Shown one piece after another: positions 27,716 to 40,580 of a stretch of 64,000 bases of DNA. The stretch is from assembly GCA_951406725.2 (NCBI GenBank), contig OX597815.1, positions 77,438,001 to 77,502,000 on the forward strand, written 5' to 3'. This stretch comes from Octopus vulgaris. Lineage: Eukaryota. Made by a program: the position numbers and the translations under genes. Within the stretch, counting starts at the first letter, position 1. Each line of letters starts with the position of its first letter. Under the pieces are notes generated by a model that was given only the letters and a program-made list of their open reading frames with translations, did no database searches and had not been told where the DNA came from.

Positions 27716-28050
27716 AATCCTATATATAGAATCACAAAGCCCCAAACCCCCAGTAACTTTATATATATAGGATGTTTGATAAATATGAAAAAATGTTTCA
27801 ATAACCATTTTTCATCTTTTAGACTCAAACATAAAGCCAATTGTACGTCCTTATCTAGCAAGATTTGGGAACTGAAAGAAAGTGAGATCAAATTTAGCCT
27901 TTAATGGGATATAATATGGAATGAGCAGCCTTATAGAGATAGTCAATATGGGTGTGAGCTGTGCTCGATGGAAACTTGTAAGATTTTTAAGTATAGGAAC
28001 AAGAACAACCTGATTAATAATAGATTAGACCTAAGATATCATGCGTGCAT
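27716..28050 (+). mobile_element. Penelope-like GIY-YIG endonuclease remnant
   Basis: NPIYRITK..FIYIGCLINMKKCFNNHFSSFRLKHKANCTSLSSKIWELKESEIKFSL*WDII..PY..CELCSME..NLINNRLDL; one in-frame stop. Confidence 0.82.
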
Positions 28051-28079
28051 AGCATCACCCAAACATTTAAGTATTTCGG

Positions 28080-29600
28080 TTATAGGTGCCATACTTGAAC
28101 TTTGATGATGGAAATTAATTTTGGTGTTGTATCCATTCTAAACTTACCCCCTAGTATTAAATATAATAAAATCATGGGATATTGAGTTATATGGTGAATT
28201 AAATTGCATTGCATATGTTATAAGCTATATGTTATGGTATTTGACGTGCTATATGTAATTACGAATCCCATGAAAACTCCTGCCTAGTTAGTCTGACTTC
28301 ATCATATTTTTGGTGATTAAACTATTTTTTCCTTTCTATGATGTTCTACACTACTGATCATATTATGTATTTTTGTAATGCCTTTTATATAAGTAAGTTT
28401 CCTAATGATATATCCCCTGAAACTATAAAATCATATATGTAATAACACCTGTAACATAGCAACTTATAAAATCTCTTTGGTCTGAATGCCTCTAACTGCC
28501 CTCACTATGCCCATACCTACTACCTCCTCTTTTTGGGTTACCTTTATCTCTACCTTACTTCAAATTTTAATACTCTATCACTTTAAATGTAGGTTATAGA
28601 TATTTCTTATCTTCAATAAATTCTTATTATTTTGCTTCCTTACTTTGATATCCTTACCTATTAACCTCGTATCCCTTATAAGTTGTTACTGTTCTTAAAT
28701 AGAGATTTTTCAGCTATTTAGGTCTATGCAAGATGGTTATACTATATCCATATAAACGTATAAATATTTGTGTATGTGTATATATGCATATATGCACATA
28801 ACCTAGTAACCTCTTATCTCTTATAAATTATTATCTTTCTTGTTCGTAAATAGATACCTTTCAGTTACTTAAGTCTATGTGAGATAGTTATACTATATCC
28901 ATATGAATGTATAAATATTTGTGTATATTTGCATGTGTGCACATAGATAAATATGTATGTGTATCTGTGCACATCTTCATTTTTTTCTGATTCTCAGTTT
29001 ATAATCAATATATAGATAGCATGTTTATCTATCCAGTATTCCATATGTAAATGCTCCAAGCAATCTTTATGGAAAACATAATAATTAAGTACAAAATAAA
29101 TATTAAACTGATTCTATGTAATCTTCCCTTTTTAATGTTGAAAATTGATATATACACACATTTTACCTATTTTGGTTATGATATCATTTTTGATAATCTT
29201 AAATTTTATTTATATACAACATAGTAATATTGATTATAAACAATCACCCGTAGTACTCCATGATAAAATTTCCTGTTTTATCATCATAGGTTTTATTAGC
29301 ATCTTGCCCCTTTAACTGGTAATTAACATCACAATTTAAAGTCTTCCACTACCCAGCCTCCTTTTATAGATAGTTACTCTACACCCAATTTACTACTCCT
29401 AATGTCTTGACGATATTTATGACCATACCTAGCTATGAGCTGTCAACTCACTCTTGCTCTTCATTCCAAATAGACACAGTCCTCTAGTCTTAGATTTAGT
29501 AGTTGATAAAAATAAAAATAAATTAGAAATGAACCACAATCCTTTACAAGCTATGCCTTCATGCCTTTCTTGGAAGTGTAGTTTATTCTTAGCTACAATA
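28080..29600 (-). mobile_element. Highly degenerate Penelope-like RT/linker remnant, opposite orientation
   Basis: Scattered minus-strand motifs (FNSPYN near 28200, similar to WFNPPY; weak RT-like pieces near 29050-29350). Includes a ~145-bp tandem duplication (28662-28940). Confidence 0.35.
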
Positions 29601-29887
29601 GCGACAACATGGATTTCTTCCATTTTCTTGTTCTGTTAAAGTATTTGAGAAAAATTATATTAATGTGTCCAGCTGATTAAAATTATATTTATTTGTGCAA
29701 CTGATGATAGCTCTGCATTTAAATTGATATAATGATTGCATTGTTCAATTAAATAGCTTGAAACAGACGTACTGCATCACTTCTTGATATCCTGTTGCTT
29801 ATTTTGATTTTATTCACCTTACTTTGAGCTGTGTGGATAATACTGGACTGATTTGATGCTTCAACTTAAGTACCTAATTTCAACTGA

Positions 29888-29951
<64 letters not shown>

Positions 29952-30469
29952 GTCTGTCTGTCTGTCTGTCTGTCTCTGTCTCTCTCTGTCTCTCTCTCTA
30001 TATATATATATATATATAATATATTCCAATGGTTAAATAGAAAGAACATAACGAAGGGAAAATGTAGGCGTAAACTGAGCAAAAACATAACAGACAGGAA
30101 AAGGAGACAAAAGCACAACAGATGGAAAGGAAACAACAGCATGATACAAGGAACATCTGCAGTAAATCTGTCTCATCACTTGGTTTCCAAGACATCTTCA
30201 TGGCTTCGTGTGCTTTAAAACTAAGATCATTGTTATCAGGGAGGTGCCAGAGCTTTAAGCTTCAGGAAAAAACTAACGAATGTATCTAAGGACAGAACAA
30301 AATAGTAGAATAACAAAATAACAGAATAACATAAGTGTGTGTATGTGTCTTACTTAATCATCATTATATGTTTTATCTTATATTTAATCTTTCTATAATA
30401 TGTAATTTTCTAAATGGTATTATTTAATTTTTCATTATTGAATTGATAAAAGGTGTTTTTTTTTCTAAG

Positions 30470-30509
<40 letters not shown>

Positions 30510-30593
30510 TTTGTGAAATTTGATTTAGTATTTCTAAATTGAATTTTTCCCTGTAAGTTTGGAATTATATTCCCTCATATTATTATTATTATA

Positions 30594-30667
<74 letters not shown>

Positions 30668-31468
30668 TCACCATCATCATCGTTTAACGTCTGTTTTCCA
30701 TGCTAGCATATATATATATACTAAGCAGTTAGTAATAATGAGATAAAGTATATAAATTTCAACAAATATTGACATGTGAGGTATACAACACAAAATACAC
30801 ATCCACACACTGGTACAAAACCTCTGATTGGAAAAATAATGCAAATTGAATGATGTGGCATAGGTGAAAGAAAATAGCTTCAACTTGGAATTGAAACTGA
30901 GTCATCAGGCAAGCTTGTGAATAACTTGCTGCTTGTCTGCAGTGCTCATAGCATATACAAGTTAAAAATATATGCGAGAAAAACAAAATTACCATGCGTA
31001 GACATGAAACTATCAGCACACACACATATAGCCACACATACATTCTCAGATGTACACTCATATACATGCATGCACGCATATATAAATATATATGCACAGA
31101 CACATATTCAAATGCACTGATATTTATAAAATGGAACTCAATTATTCATTAGTCTGGAAAAAATGTGATGAAATAATTTGTACCAACAACATAAAAACCA
31201 GGTTATAATAGTCTGTGATATGTATGACTGGTTTTCTACAATGGCACAATATAGGACTGATCCCTGAGTTTGAGATAAATGTGGAAGGCAAAGAAAGAAA
31301 GAAGGAAAGAAAAAAGCAAAGAAGCAAAGGAAGAAAGAAGGAAAGAAAGAATTTATAGAGGGAGAGAGAGAAGAAAAGAGAGTAGGAGATATAGAGTGAG
31401 AGAGGGAGATATAGAGTGATAGAAGGTGAGATATTTGTTGAATGAAGACCAGAGACATCTAAAACATA

Positions 31469-31538
<70 letters not shown>

Positions 31539-32207
31539 AACATATATATATCTGTGCAGCATCTTTACAAAATGTGACTAGCACACAAACAATTGTTGGA
31601 CAGTAAAAACAAAAATTAAAATGAAAGAGACATAAACAAACAAACAAATAAACAAAAGGCTAAACCATATTTTTTTCCCCTCATTCATTTGATTTTACCC
31701 AGTGGTCTGTTGTTTTGTTTTTCATCATCAACCCCTCCTACATTACCATCAGCACAACTGCCTCCGCTATAGCTGCTGAATAAGATAATAACACAAATCA
31801 ATAAGCCACTCCAGCTATTTGTACGGAAAATGCAGACTTCACTGATATAGTCATAGCAACCAGCTTCCAACAGACTCTGCTGGGTTTTTTCCTATCTTTT
31901 CTTTCTCACCATCTATCTTTTTTCTTCCTTTCTTTTTCTTTTCTGACTGCCATTTAATTTCTTCCTCTGAGTCATTAATTTTTTCTTTCATGCATTTTTA
32001 AATAAATTTATTTATTAGTTATTTTCTTTTTCCTCTTTATCTTCCAGCTATAGTTCTCTTGAAATTTCATTTACGTTTCCCACTTTATCTTTAGCTCTTT
32101 CACTCCTCCTTATATCATTACACCCACACACACACACACATGTATGCATGTGTGTGTATATATATATGTGTGTGTGTGTGTACGTGTGAATGTGTGCATG
32201 TCTGTAT

Positions 32208-32280
<73 letters not shown>

Positions 32281-32303
32281 CATACATATATATATATAGA
32301 GAG

Positions 32304-32336
<33 letters not shown>

Positions 32337-33443
32337 CATATGTACATACACATACATATACACACACACTCATACATACACACACACATTCATACATGTG
32401 TGTGTGTATGTGTGTGTGTGTGCTATACACTTGTTAATTATCTTTTAAGCATTATGTACTGCCTTAAGATCTTAGCAGTTCAGCAAAAAGAGATGATTGA
32501 CAAAACTCTTCACACCAGTCCCTCGGGATGAATGCAGTCCAAACCTGAAAAATATCAAAAAGTAAAATATTCACGATATAAGTACAAAAAAGTTTGGATC
32601 AAAATTTAACCCTTTAGCATTTCATCCAGCCATATCTGGCCCAAATATTCTATTAAATATTAAATGTGTGTGTGAGTGTGTGTGTGTGTGTGTGTGTGCG
32701 TCTGCGTGTGTGTGTGTGTCCATGTTAGTGTCCATGTTTGTCACCAACCTCCCTGCTTAATAGCTGATGTTGGTTTGTTTACGTGACTTTAACTTAGTGA
32801 TTTAGCAATAGAGACTCATAGAATAAGTACAAGACTTTAAAAAAGATGGAAAAGAAGTACTGGGGTTGATTTGGTCAACTTGAACCCTTCAAGTTTGTGC
32901 CCTAGCATGGCTGCAGTCCAATGATTGAAACAAGTATTAAAAATAATGGATTGGTCGAGTCTTTGGTAAGACATAAAGGTCGAGAGAGAAACTATTATAA
33001 GGACTAAATGGAAATATATATCTTTTAGTCCGGTGAGAAGGTAGGCCCTTGGCCCAGTAAAGAGTTATGATAAAATTTACAGTGAGGAGGTTTGGAAGAT
33101 ATTCTCAAATGCTTGCAACAGAATGGACTCTACTAAAGGCACACAAGGTACCTTTTAGTGGTGTATTAAACTAGGTGATGATTTAAGTCTATCATCTAAG
33201 TAGACCATGTGAGGATTTGAACTCAGAATGTAAAAGGCTGAGATAAATATCGCAAGCCATTTGGTCCACCATTCTTACAGTTCCACCAACCCACAACTCT
33301 TAATTGATATACTTTTAGCAACTATAAAAGGATGATAAGCAAAGTTGGCCATAGTAGAATTTGAACTCAGAATGCAAGGAATTAGAACAAATACAGAGAC
33401 TTTCTAGCTGATGCTCTAACAACACTGCCTTTGGGGATAATAC

Positions 33444-33611
33444 CAGTGGTGTAACTAGGGTGTGTGTTGCTAGGGCAGCCCTTGAGCTGAAACTCTCCCC
33501 AGGTCAATGTAGCCTATACAGGCTTATGCAGTAAACTCCAAAGTACCATCCCCATAAAAGTGTCACCTGAGGTGGACTGCCCATCACCCCACCCCTTTAG
33601 CTGCATTAATG
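33444..33611. mobile_element. hAT-like MITE
   Basis: CAGTGGTGTAACTAGGG left end and degenerate CCCCTTTAGCTGCATTAATG right end; GC-rich interior. Confidence 0.5.
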
Positions 33612-33684
33612 CATAAAGCATAACTGAACAGGCTTCAGGGTTTACTTATATTTGGCAAATGAGCAAATGGTGACAATAATAATA

Positions 33685-34141
33685 ATCCTTTCTACTAAAG
33701 GCACAAGAACTGAAAATACTGAGCTGTATAAATTTGATGGAAGGGGACTAGCTGATTACCTCGACTCCAGTGTTTCACTGGTACTTAATTTATCCCCCTT
33801 GAAAGGATGAAAAGCAAGGTTGACCTCGATAATTTTAACTCAGAATATAGCGACAAGCGTAATACCACTAAGCATTTCGTCCAGCATGTTAATGATTCTG
33901 CCAGCTCACTGCCTTATAATAATGATAATGGTTTCAAATTTTGCCTCAACGGCAACAATTTTGGGGGAGGGGAAGAGTTGATTACATCGACCTCAGTGTT
34001 TCACTGATGCTTAATTTATCAACTCCAAAAGGATGAAAGACAAAGTCGACCTTGGCGGAATTTGAATTCAGAATGTAAAGACGGACAAAATACAGCTAAG
34101 CATTTTACCTGGCATGCTAACAATTCTACCAGCTTGCTGCC

Positions 34142-34142
<1 letters not shown>
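33685..34142 (-). mobile_element. Two tandem family A SINEs
   Basis: Two reverse-complement copies (33685-33917 and 33930-34142). The second keeps CpGs (AAAGTCGACCTTGGCGGAATTTG). Confidence 0.82.
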
Positions 34143-34185
<43 letters not shown>

Positions 34186-34695
34186 GTCTTGGTATAAAAA
34201 AATTACTTTAAATATTCAGCAAACATGGAGAAGTCCAATTTCCAGTTTTAAAGAATGCACATAAAACTAGAATTTAAGCAATTAATATTCTGAAATGGAA
34301 ATTTTTATTGCTTGTGATTTTTTAATGCCTGAAATAAGACATCAAAGTGGAATAACAATTAACTATCAGTTGTATTAGTCAAACTTTTCAAGTCTAATAT
34401 GTATTCTAGAAGGCATTTACAGTAATAAAAAATAGCTTTGTTTTCATGTATTCTTCAACACAATCGTTTAGAAGACAGATTTATAGTCACACTGAGAAGA
34501 GCAAAACATTTTAAAGAGACATGTATTCATACCAGTGTGGTTAACAGGAGCTCTTCACAATCATATTGTTTTGGATGATTCCATGGAATGGTACTTGATA
34601 TTAGCATTTTTAAATGTAGCATCAGATTGACCAAAAACATGCTTTGTGGGTGGTATTTGGTTGACAGAAACTGTAAATACACATATATATTTGTA

Positions 34696-35090
34696 CTAGC
34701 AGTATCGCCCGGCGTTGCTCGAGTTTGTAAGGGAAATAACTATACAGCATTTTTAGAGAGTTATAGCCAAAAAATAGCAAAAAGAATGCATTAAAAATGG
34801 AAAAAATATGATGGTAAATTTTTTTTAAAATCGCTGACTCATCGTAGACATTTTTAGAGAGTTACTTCCCTTTAAAACAATATGCATGAAAATGGAAAAA
34901 AATGATGGTAAATTATTTTTAAAATCGTAGACTCATCGTAGACAAGCGCTAATACCCAGAAGGGCTCGATATGAATCACGACTATAAGATACCCGGTTTT
35001 GGTTAAACTGCACCGCAAAATGTGGGAGTAGTTAGGAATCTAAATCGAAGGGGACAGACACTCACACAACTACAGTTTTATATATAAAGA
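34696..35090 (-). mobile_element. Non-autonomous Helitron, copy 1
   Basis: On the minus strand: 5' TC..., subterminal hairpin CTCGAGCAACGCCGGG, 3' CTAG followed by T. Confidence 0.85.
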
Positions 35091-35621
35091 CTAGCAGTAT
35101 TGCCCGGCGTTGCTCGGGTTTGTAAGGGAAATAACTATATAAGCATTTTTAGAGAGTTATAGCAAAAAAATGCATTAAAAATGGAATAAAAAATGATGAT
35201 AATTTTTTTTTTAAATCGTTGACTCAGTGTCTTCAAGCCATGAAGTCGTTGTTCTAAAAGAACGCTGGTTTCCTTAACAACGCATTACGACGTTGATTTC
35301 TTTACACTCCCTTCCCCACAGCTTCACGAGGGAGGGAAGGGGGAGAAGCAAACAGGTGCAGCTGTGAGCGTGGACGCCAACTCCGCCGCTATCGACACAC
35401 GATGCATTTTATGCATTAAAATGGAATAAAAAATTATGTTAAATTATTTTTAAAATCGTAGACTCATCGTTGATGTGCGCTAATAGTCAGACAGGCTCGA
35501 TATGAATCACGACTATAAGATACCCGAATTTGGTTAAACTGCACCGCAAAATGTGGGAGGAGTTAGGAATCTAAATCGAAGGGGACAGACACTCACACAA
35601 TTAGAGTTTTATATATATAGA
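35091..35621 (-). mobile_element. Non-autonomous Helitron, copy 2 (head-to-tail with copy 1)
   Basis: A|TCTATATAT start, hairpin CCCGAGCAACGCCGGG, CTAG end abutting the TC of copy 1; CpG-rich. Confidence 0.87.
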
Positions 35622-35680
35622 TATCATGATCATCCTTCTTACCATTTGGCATCTGTTTTCCAAGCTGACAAGAGTAATCA

Positions 35681-35896
35681 CAAACCAATTAGTAATATTT
35701 CAAACTCATTTAATACATTTGTTTCAAGTGGCTATTTAACAATTTTTTATGTAAGTAAATCTTCATCAGTGCTTTAAAAACATAAAGTATATTTCACCTG
35801 TAAACAACTGAAGATGGTATAATCACATAACAAATTGTTACATAACCACTTGAAATGTATGCATTAAATGCATTCAAGATATTAAAAATAGGTTTG
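35681..35896. repeat. Imperfect inverted repeat (~96-bp arms), each arm with a hammerhead-like core
   Basis: Left arm reverse complement ACTGATGAAG...CCACTTGAAACAAATGTATTAAATG; right arm ACTGAAGATG...CCACTTGAAATGTATGCATTAAATG. Confidence 0.7.
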
Positions 35897-35936
35897 CAAT
35901 AATTTCTAATAATACACGACTCATATATATACAAAC

Positions 35937-35995
<59 letters not shown>

Positions 35996-36409
35996 TGCAT
36001 AAATGTGTGTGTGTGTGAATATGTGACAAGCTTCTTCAGAGTTTTTAGTTTTTGTTCACCAAAAATGTAAAGAGTAGTGAAGTACTGCAGTATTTGAAGT
36101 GTAACACTAAATTTCCTCTATTAAAATCCAATTCATTATTGTACCTGTTCTGTGTTTCTTGGCAAAATATTGTGTAAAAACCAATAGTTTTAGCTTTAAA
36201 ATATTGCACCACTTGCATTCAATCAATCTGAGATTGTTTTCTGAGATTTTTAATTCATTAAATTTAAGAGCTAATTTAGGTCCTCTTTAGTTTGGAGAAG
36301 GAATAACATGGTAGCTATTAGTACAATTAGAGTTTATTCGTTAGAGACTGAAGGTTAAATATATATAGGAAGTGAGTTGAACTAGGATGAAATTCTAGGG
36401 AAGAAATCT

Positions 36410-36590
36410 GGCACCCATGCAACATCACATAAAAGCACCATGATGCCACATAAAAGTGCTTGTACGACGCCACATAAAAGCACCCATGCAATTCCATGTA
36501 AAAGTGCCCATGCAGTGTTATCTAAAAGCGTCTGGGTGGCATCCCATAGAAGCGCCTTTGTAGAACCATGTAAAAGTACCCAGTACACTC
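36410..36590 (+). repeat. ~24-bp tandem subrepeats inside a family E element
   Basis: About seven degenerate units of CCACATAAAAGCACCCATGCARY. Confidence 0.75.
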
Positions 36591-37278
36591 TGTAAAGCAG
36601 TTAACATTAGAAATGGCATCCAGCTGTAAGAACCATGCCAAATTAGACTGGAGTCCGGTACAACTCCCACAGCTTGCTAGCTCTGGTCACACTGTTCAAT
36701 CCATGCCAGCATAAACAATGGATGCTAAATGATGATGATGATCTCCATATCATACTTAATGTATTTACACTGTTGATCAAGCAGCTACTGCAGTATATGT
36801 CCTGAAATAGTACTTCTAACGGATTTTCTGTGTTAAAAATACAATAAGTATCAAAAGGACTGAAATGCATCTGGTGTTCTTACTGGCTGCTGGTGGGACA
36901 ATTTTTGTCACTGTCTGGTGTTTAATGTGTTTTTAATGCAGTAAGCCCATAAAAGACACTATCTCATCAATTGACCAGCAACTGGTCAATTGACAGATTA
37001 AATGCATTAAATATGTTAGATGGCTAGGAAAGAAAATGTTTGGTGAAATGCTTGAAACAAGGGCTGGAAAACAAATAAGACAGTGAAAATAACAGGAGAA
37101 GGATAACAGAGCTTATTAAATGTGTTTATGAATAGGTGCAGACCTGATTGTGTGATTAAAAAATTTGCTTCTTGACATGGTTTTGGGTTGTCTTTGGGCA
37201 AATGTCTTCTACTATAGTCTTGGGGTTGACCAAAGCCTTGTGAGTGGCTTTGGTTGACAGAAACTGAAAGACATCTGT

Positions 37279-37331
<53 letters not shown>

Positions 37332-37700
37332 GTGTTATATATATATAAATCTGTGTTATATATATGTATGTGTGTCTTTTGTCTTTTTGTGTCTCCTTAT
37401 CATTATGAAATAGTTGAAAATAAGTGTCACTGTCATACAGCAGTGACCTCCATTTCCAATGTTGCATGAAAATCTGTCCTGCCTTGGGAAAATAATACCT
37501 TGCTTAGAATATAGTGAAGGTTTGTGATAGGAAGGGCATCCAGCAACAGAAAATCTGCATCCTTGAATTCTATTTGACCCATACAAGCATAGAAAAGTGG
37601 ACATTAAAACATTGATGGTGGTGGTGATGATGATTAAATATATTCATGAATGAATTAATTCTGATAAATTAATTTTTGTCTTTTTGTTTTTATGTTTCAG

Positions 37701-38533
37701 TTTCTACCAGTGCTATTTTTGGAGTTTGCTTTGGTGTCATGGTAATGTTTGGTACAGCTACAGCCATTGCTTATAAATGCTACAAAAGACAGCTGGCCAA
37801 AAATGCACAGAATCGACTCTCTTCAGCCATTAAGAAGGGACTGAAAGAGAGCAATAATGGAAACTTGAAAAAGACGTCCTCAGCTCGAAAAGTTATCATG
37901 AAATCTAAAGCAACAAGCCCAACCTATCCTTCCTCGGGTGAGCACATTGGTGGAAGTCTTGCCGAGAGGGGCCAAAGCAGTGGTAGTGGGACAAGTGGTG
38001 GAGGGGGAGGCCCTCTTCCATCACAATTTGACCCAGGCCATGTGAAAGCCGAGTATAGTATCGAAAATGAAAAAGATGGTGCAACACCTGAGAAGGATGA
38101 GTGTATGCGAGAGAAACACGAAGATGACTTGAAAACACAGCATCTTGGAACACTTCATTTCTCAACTGAATATGATTCTCAGAAAAATGCTCTGCTGGTG
38201 ACAATCTTGCAAGCCTCAGAGCTTCCACCGAGAGATCCAAGCATAGGAGGATGTGATCCATACATCAAACTGCAACTGCTTCCAGAGAAAAAGCACAAAT
38301 GCAAGACTCGGGTTCTCAGGAAGACACTGAATCCGGTTTATGATGAAACATTTACATTCTATGGTATTAGCTATAACCAACTAGCTGGTATTACCCTTCA
38401 CTTTGTTGTCCTCAGCTTTGACAGGTTCTCACGAGATGAAATCATTGGAGAAGTTGTTTACCCTCTGTCTTCTGTGGATTTGTCACAGAAAGAAGTCTCT
38501 TTGTGCAAGGACATCACACCAAGACATCTCAAG
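37701..38533 (+). CDS. Syt4: Internal coding exon of a synaptotagmin-4/11-like gene (TM + linker + C2A)
   Basis: Lies in open frame 37676-38575. Acceptor ttttgtttttatgtttcag ends at 37700 (phase 1); donor AAG|gtattt begins at 38534 (phase 0). Translation gives a TM segment (AIFGVCFGVMVMFGTATAIAY) then basic KCYKR, and C2A motifs LGTLHF, DPYIKLQLLPEKKHK, KTRVLRKTLNPVYDETFTF, LSFDRFSRDEIIGEV. Ser at the Syt1 D230 position is the Syt4/11 hallmark. Confidence 0.93.
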
Positions 38534-38997
38534 GTATTTGACTCCTTTTCTTATTGCTATTTGGAATGCAATTAGATTAGAGAAAGTATTGCACTTTTGG
38601 CTGGTATTTTTTGGTGACATTTTCATTTTTTTTAATGTGTTTAACTAGGTTCTTTTTGGTAAATGTGTTACAGAATTCCAGGCACATTATTATCATTACT
38701 ATTATTATCAAGTGAATAGATAACTATATTTTCTGCAATTATCTAAAGAATCATCTTCTTTCTTAAATATGAAAATAAAGAATTTATAACTAAAATGAAG
38801 AATTTACCAAATTCCAACACATTGCAGCATAGCAATGCAAAAGCAATTCATAATTTCTGCACTTATTGCTACAGGCACATGCATGGGCACACACACACAA
38901 AGACAAACAAACAAACAAAAAAAAACAAACACACACACACATGCATATACTCACTCACATTCACATACATACACACACTCACACACACACATACATA

Positions 38998-39053
<56 letters not shown>

Positions 39054-40008
39054 TCTTTTCATATATATGTGTATTTATGGAATATACTAAGGCAGTGGAG
39101 TGGCAGAAAAAGTAGAGCCTAAGTCTAAAAGAATTTCAGTTCAGTATTCTTTATTCTCTATACTAATATCTCTGTGATCCACTTCGATTTTCATCCCTCC
39201 AGAATTAATAAAATAAACACTGAGATAAATTCAATCAACCATTGATTAATGAGTGGTCTTGTAGCAATTAGTCAGATATTAATTAGTTATTTCTCTGCTT
39301 CTGAGACATAGTATTACAATGGATTAATAGTATAATCTCGGATTTAGAAATGTTTTTTTTTTTATATCTATACATTAATAAGTTTAAAAAGAATCACACT
39401 TTTGAATATGGTTTATGAGGAGTGTCTTAGCTCTTTAAAATATCTATTTTAAAGATAAGTCATTACAGTGAACTGGAAAAAATGTGTACTGTTTTTATTG
39501 CAACATTGCTGTATTACAATATATACTGCTGTATCAAAACTTAATGATGTGCAGTACTTCAAGTAACAACAATGTTACGTGACAAATAAGCAATTAGTAC
39601 AGTAAAAAACATCAATGTTTATATTTTAAAAAATGTTAGCTCCTAGTGAAAACATTATTTTTCAAATTTTTATAGCAATGAGATATAAATAACAGTCATT
39701 TTTGTTGAGCTGATTTTCAATGAAAGCACTGAAAAGAAATATTTTTCAAAATTACTTTTCGTTTTTGTAATTTAGTTTATTAAGTTGTAATCACTGTATT
39801 GACCAGATGTTGTTGTACACTGCTGTCACAATCCACTTCCAATTACATATGTAAACAAACTTTTTTTTTTGTTTTTGGAAACATCGAATGTGTTTCATAT
39901 ACAGACAAGGAAGTAATATTTTGAATGCAGTATAGCCATGAAAGCAGCAGAAAGATTAGGTATTTTACCCTTTTAAGATGGGAAAGGTGGCCAGCAGACA
40001 GCCTTTAC

Positions 40009-40580
40009 CACATAGCTTATAATAGAAATATATTATAGCTTATAATACAAATGTATTACAGAAAACTATAATGTAAATATACAATAGCTTTGCACTTTCA
40101 GTATTCTGCCAGCATCCTTTTTGTCTTATAAGGGTAAGATACCCAATTTTTCTGCTGTTTTCACAGCTACACTGTATTCAGAATATTACTTTCTTGTCTG
40201 TATAATATGAAGCACTTCCAATTCTTTCTTGGTTGCATCATTCTTTTCCATCTTGGCCCAAATTGTTTAACTAAATTGTCTTTCTATTATCTTGGAGGCC
40301 TTTAAAGTGACCTTTTCTGATTTCTTGAATGCTACTCAACATTTGCAGTCTTATACACAAGTGAGAGGTAAGCTACTACAAAGAAGGAAGAACATCAATT
40401 GGCTACAACACAAAGGGTCATGGAGAGGTCCATGCTAGAAATATTAATGTGAGAGCATATCCTATGAGAATAAAGCTTCGTAGAATGCCGAAAGCACTAA
40501 GCTAAAGTACATTTACATTATAGCTTATTGCAATACATTTGTATTATAAGCTATAATATATTTGTATTATAAGCTATGTG
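40009..40580. mobile_element. Foldback-like element with ~100-bp subrepeat-containing inverted arms enclosing RTE fragments
   Basis: 40009-40109 is the reverse complement of 40480-40580 (TAGCTTATAATACAAAT units). The interior has + strand ATTKKEEHQLATTQRVMERSMLEI (RTE-like). Confidence 0.65.

Noticed and set aside
36410-36590. CRISPR-like periodic array
   Set aside because: Degenerate 24-bp tandem units with no unique spacers, inside a eukaryotic repeat; no cas genes.
37905-38261. 118-aa antisense ORF
   Set aside because: Shadow of the synaptotagmin exon; no recognisable motifs.
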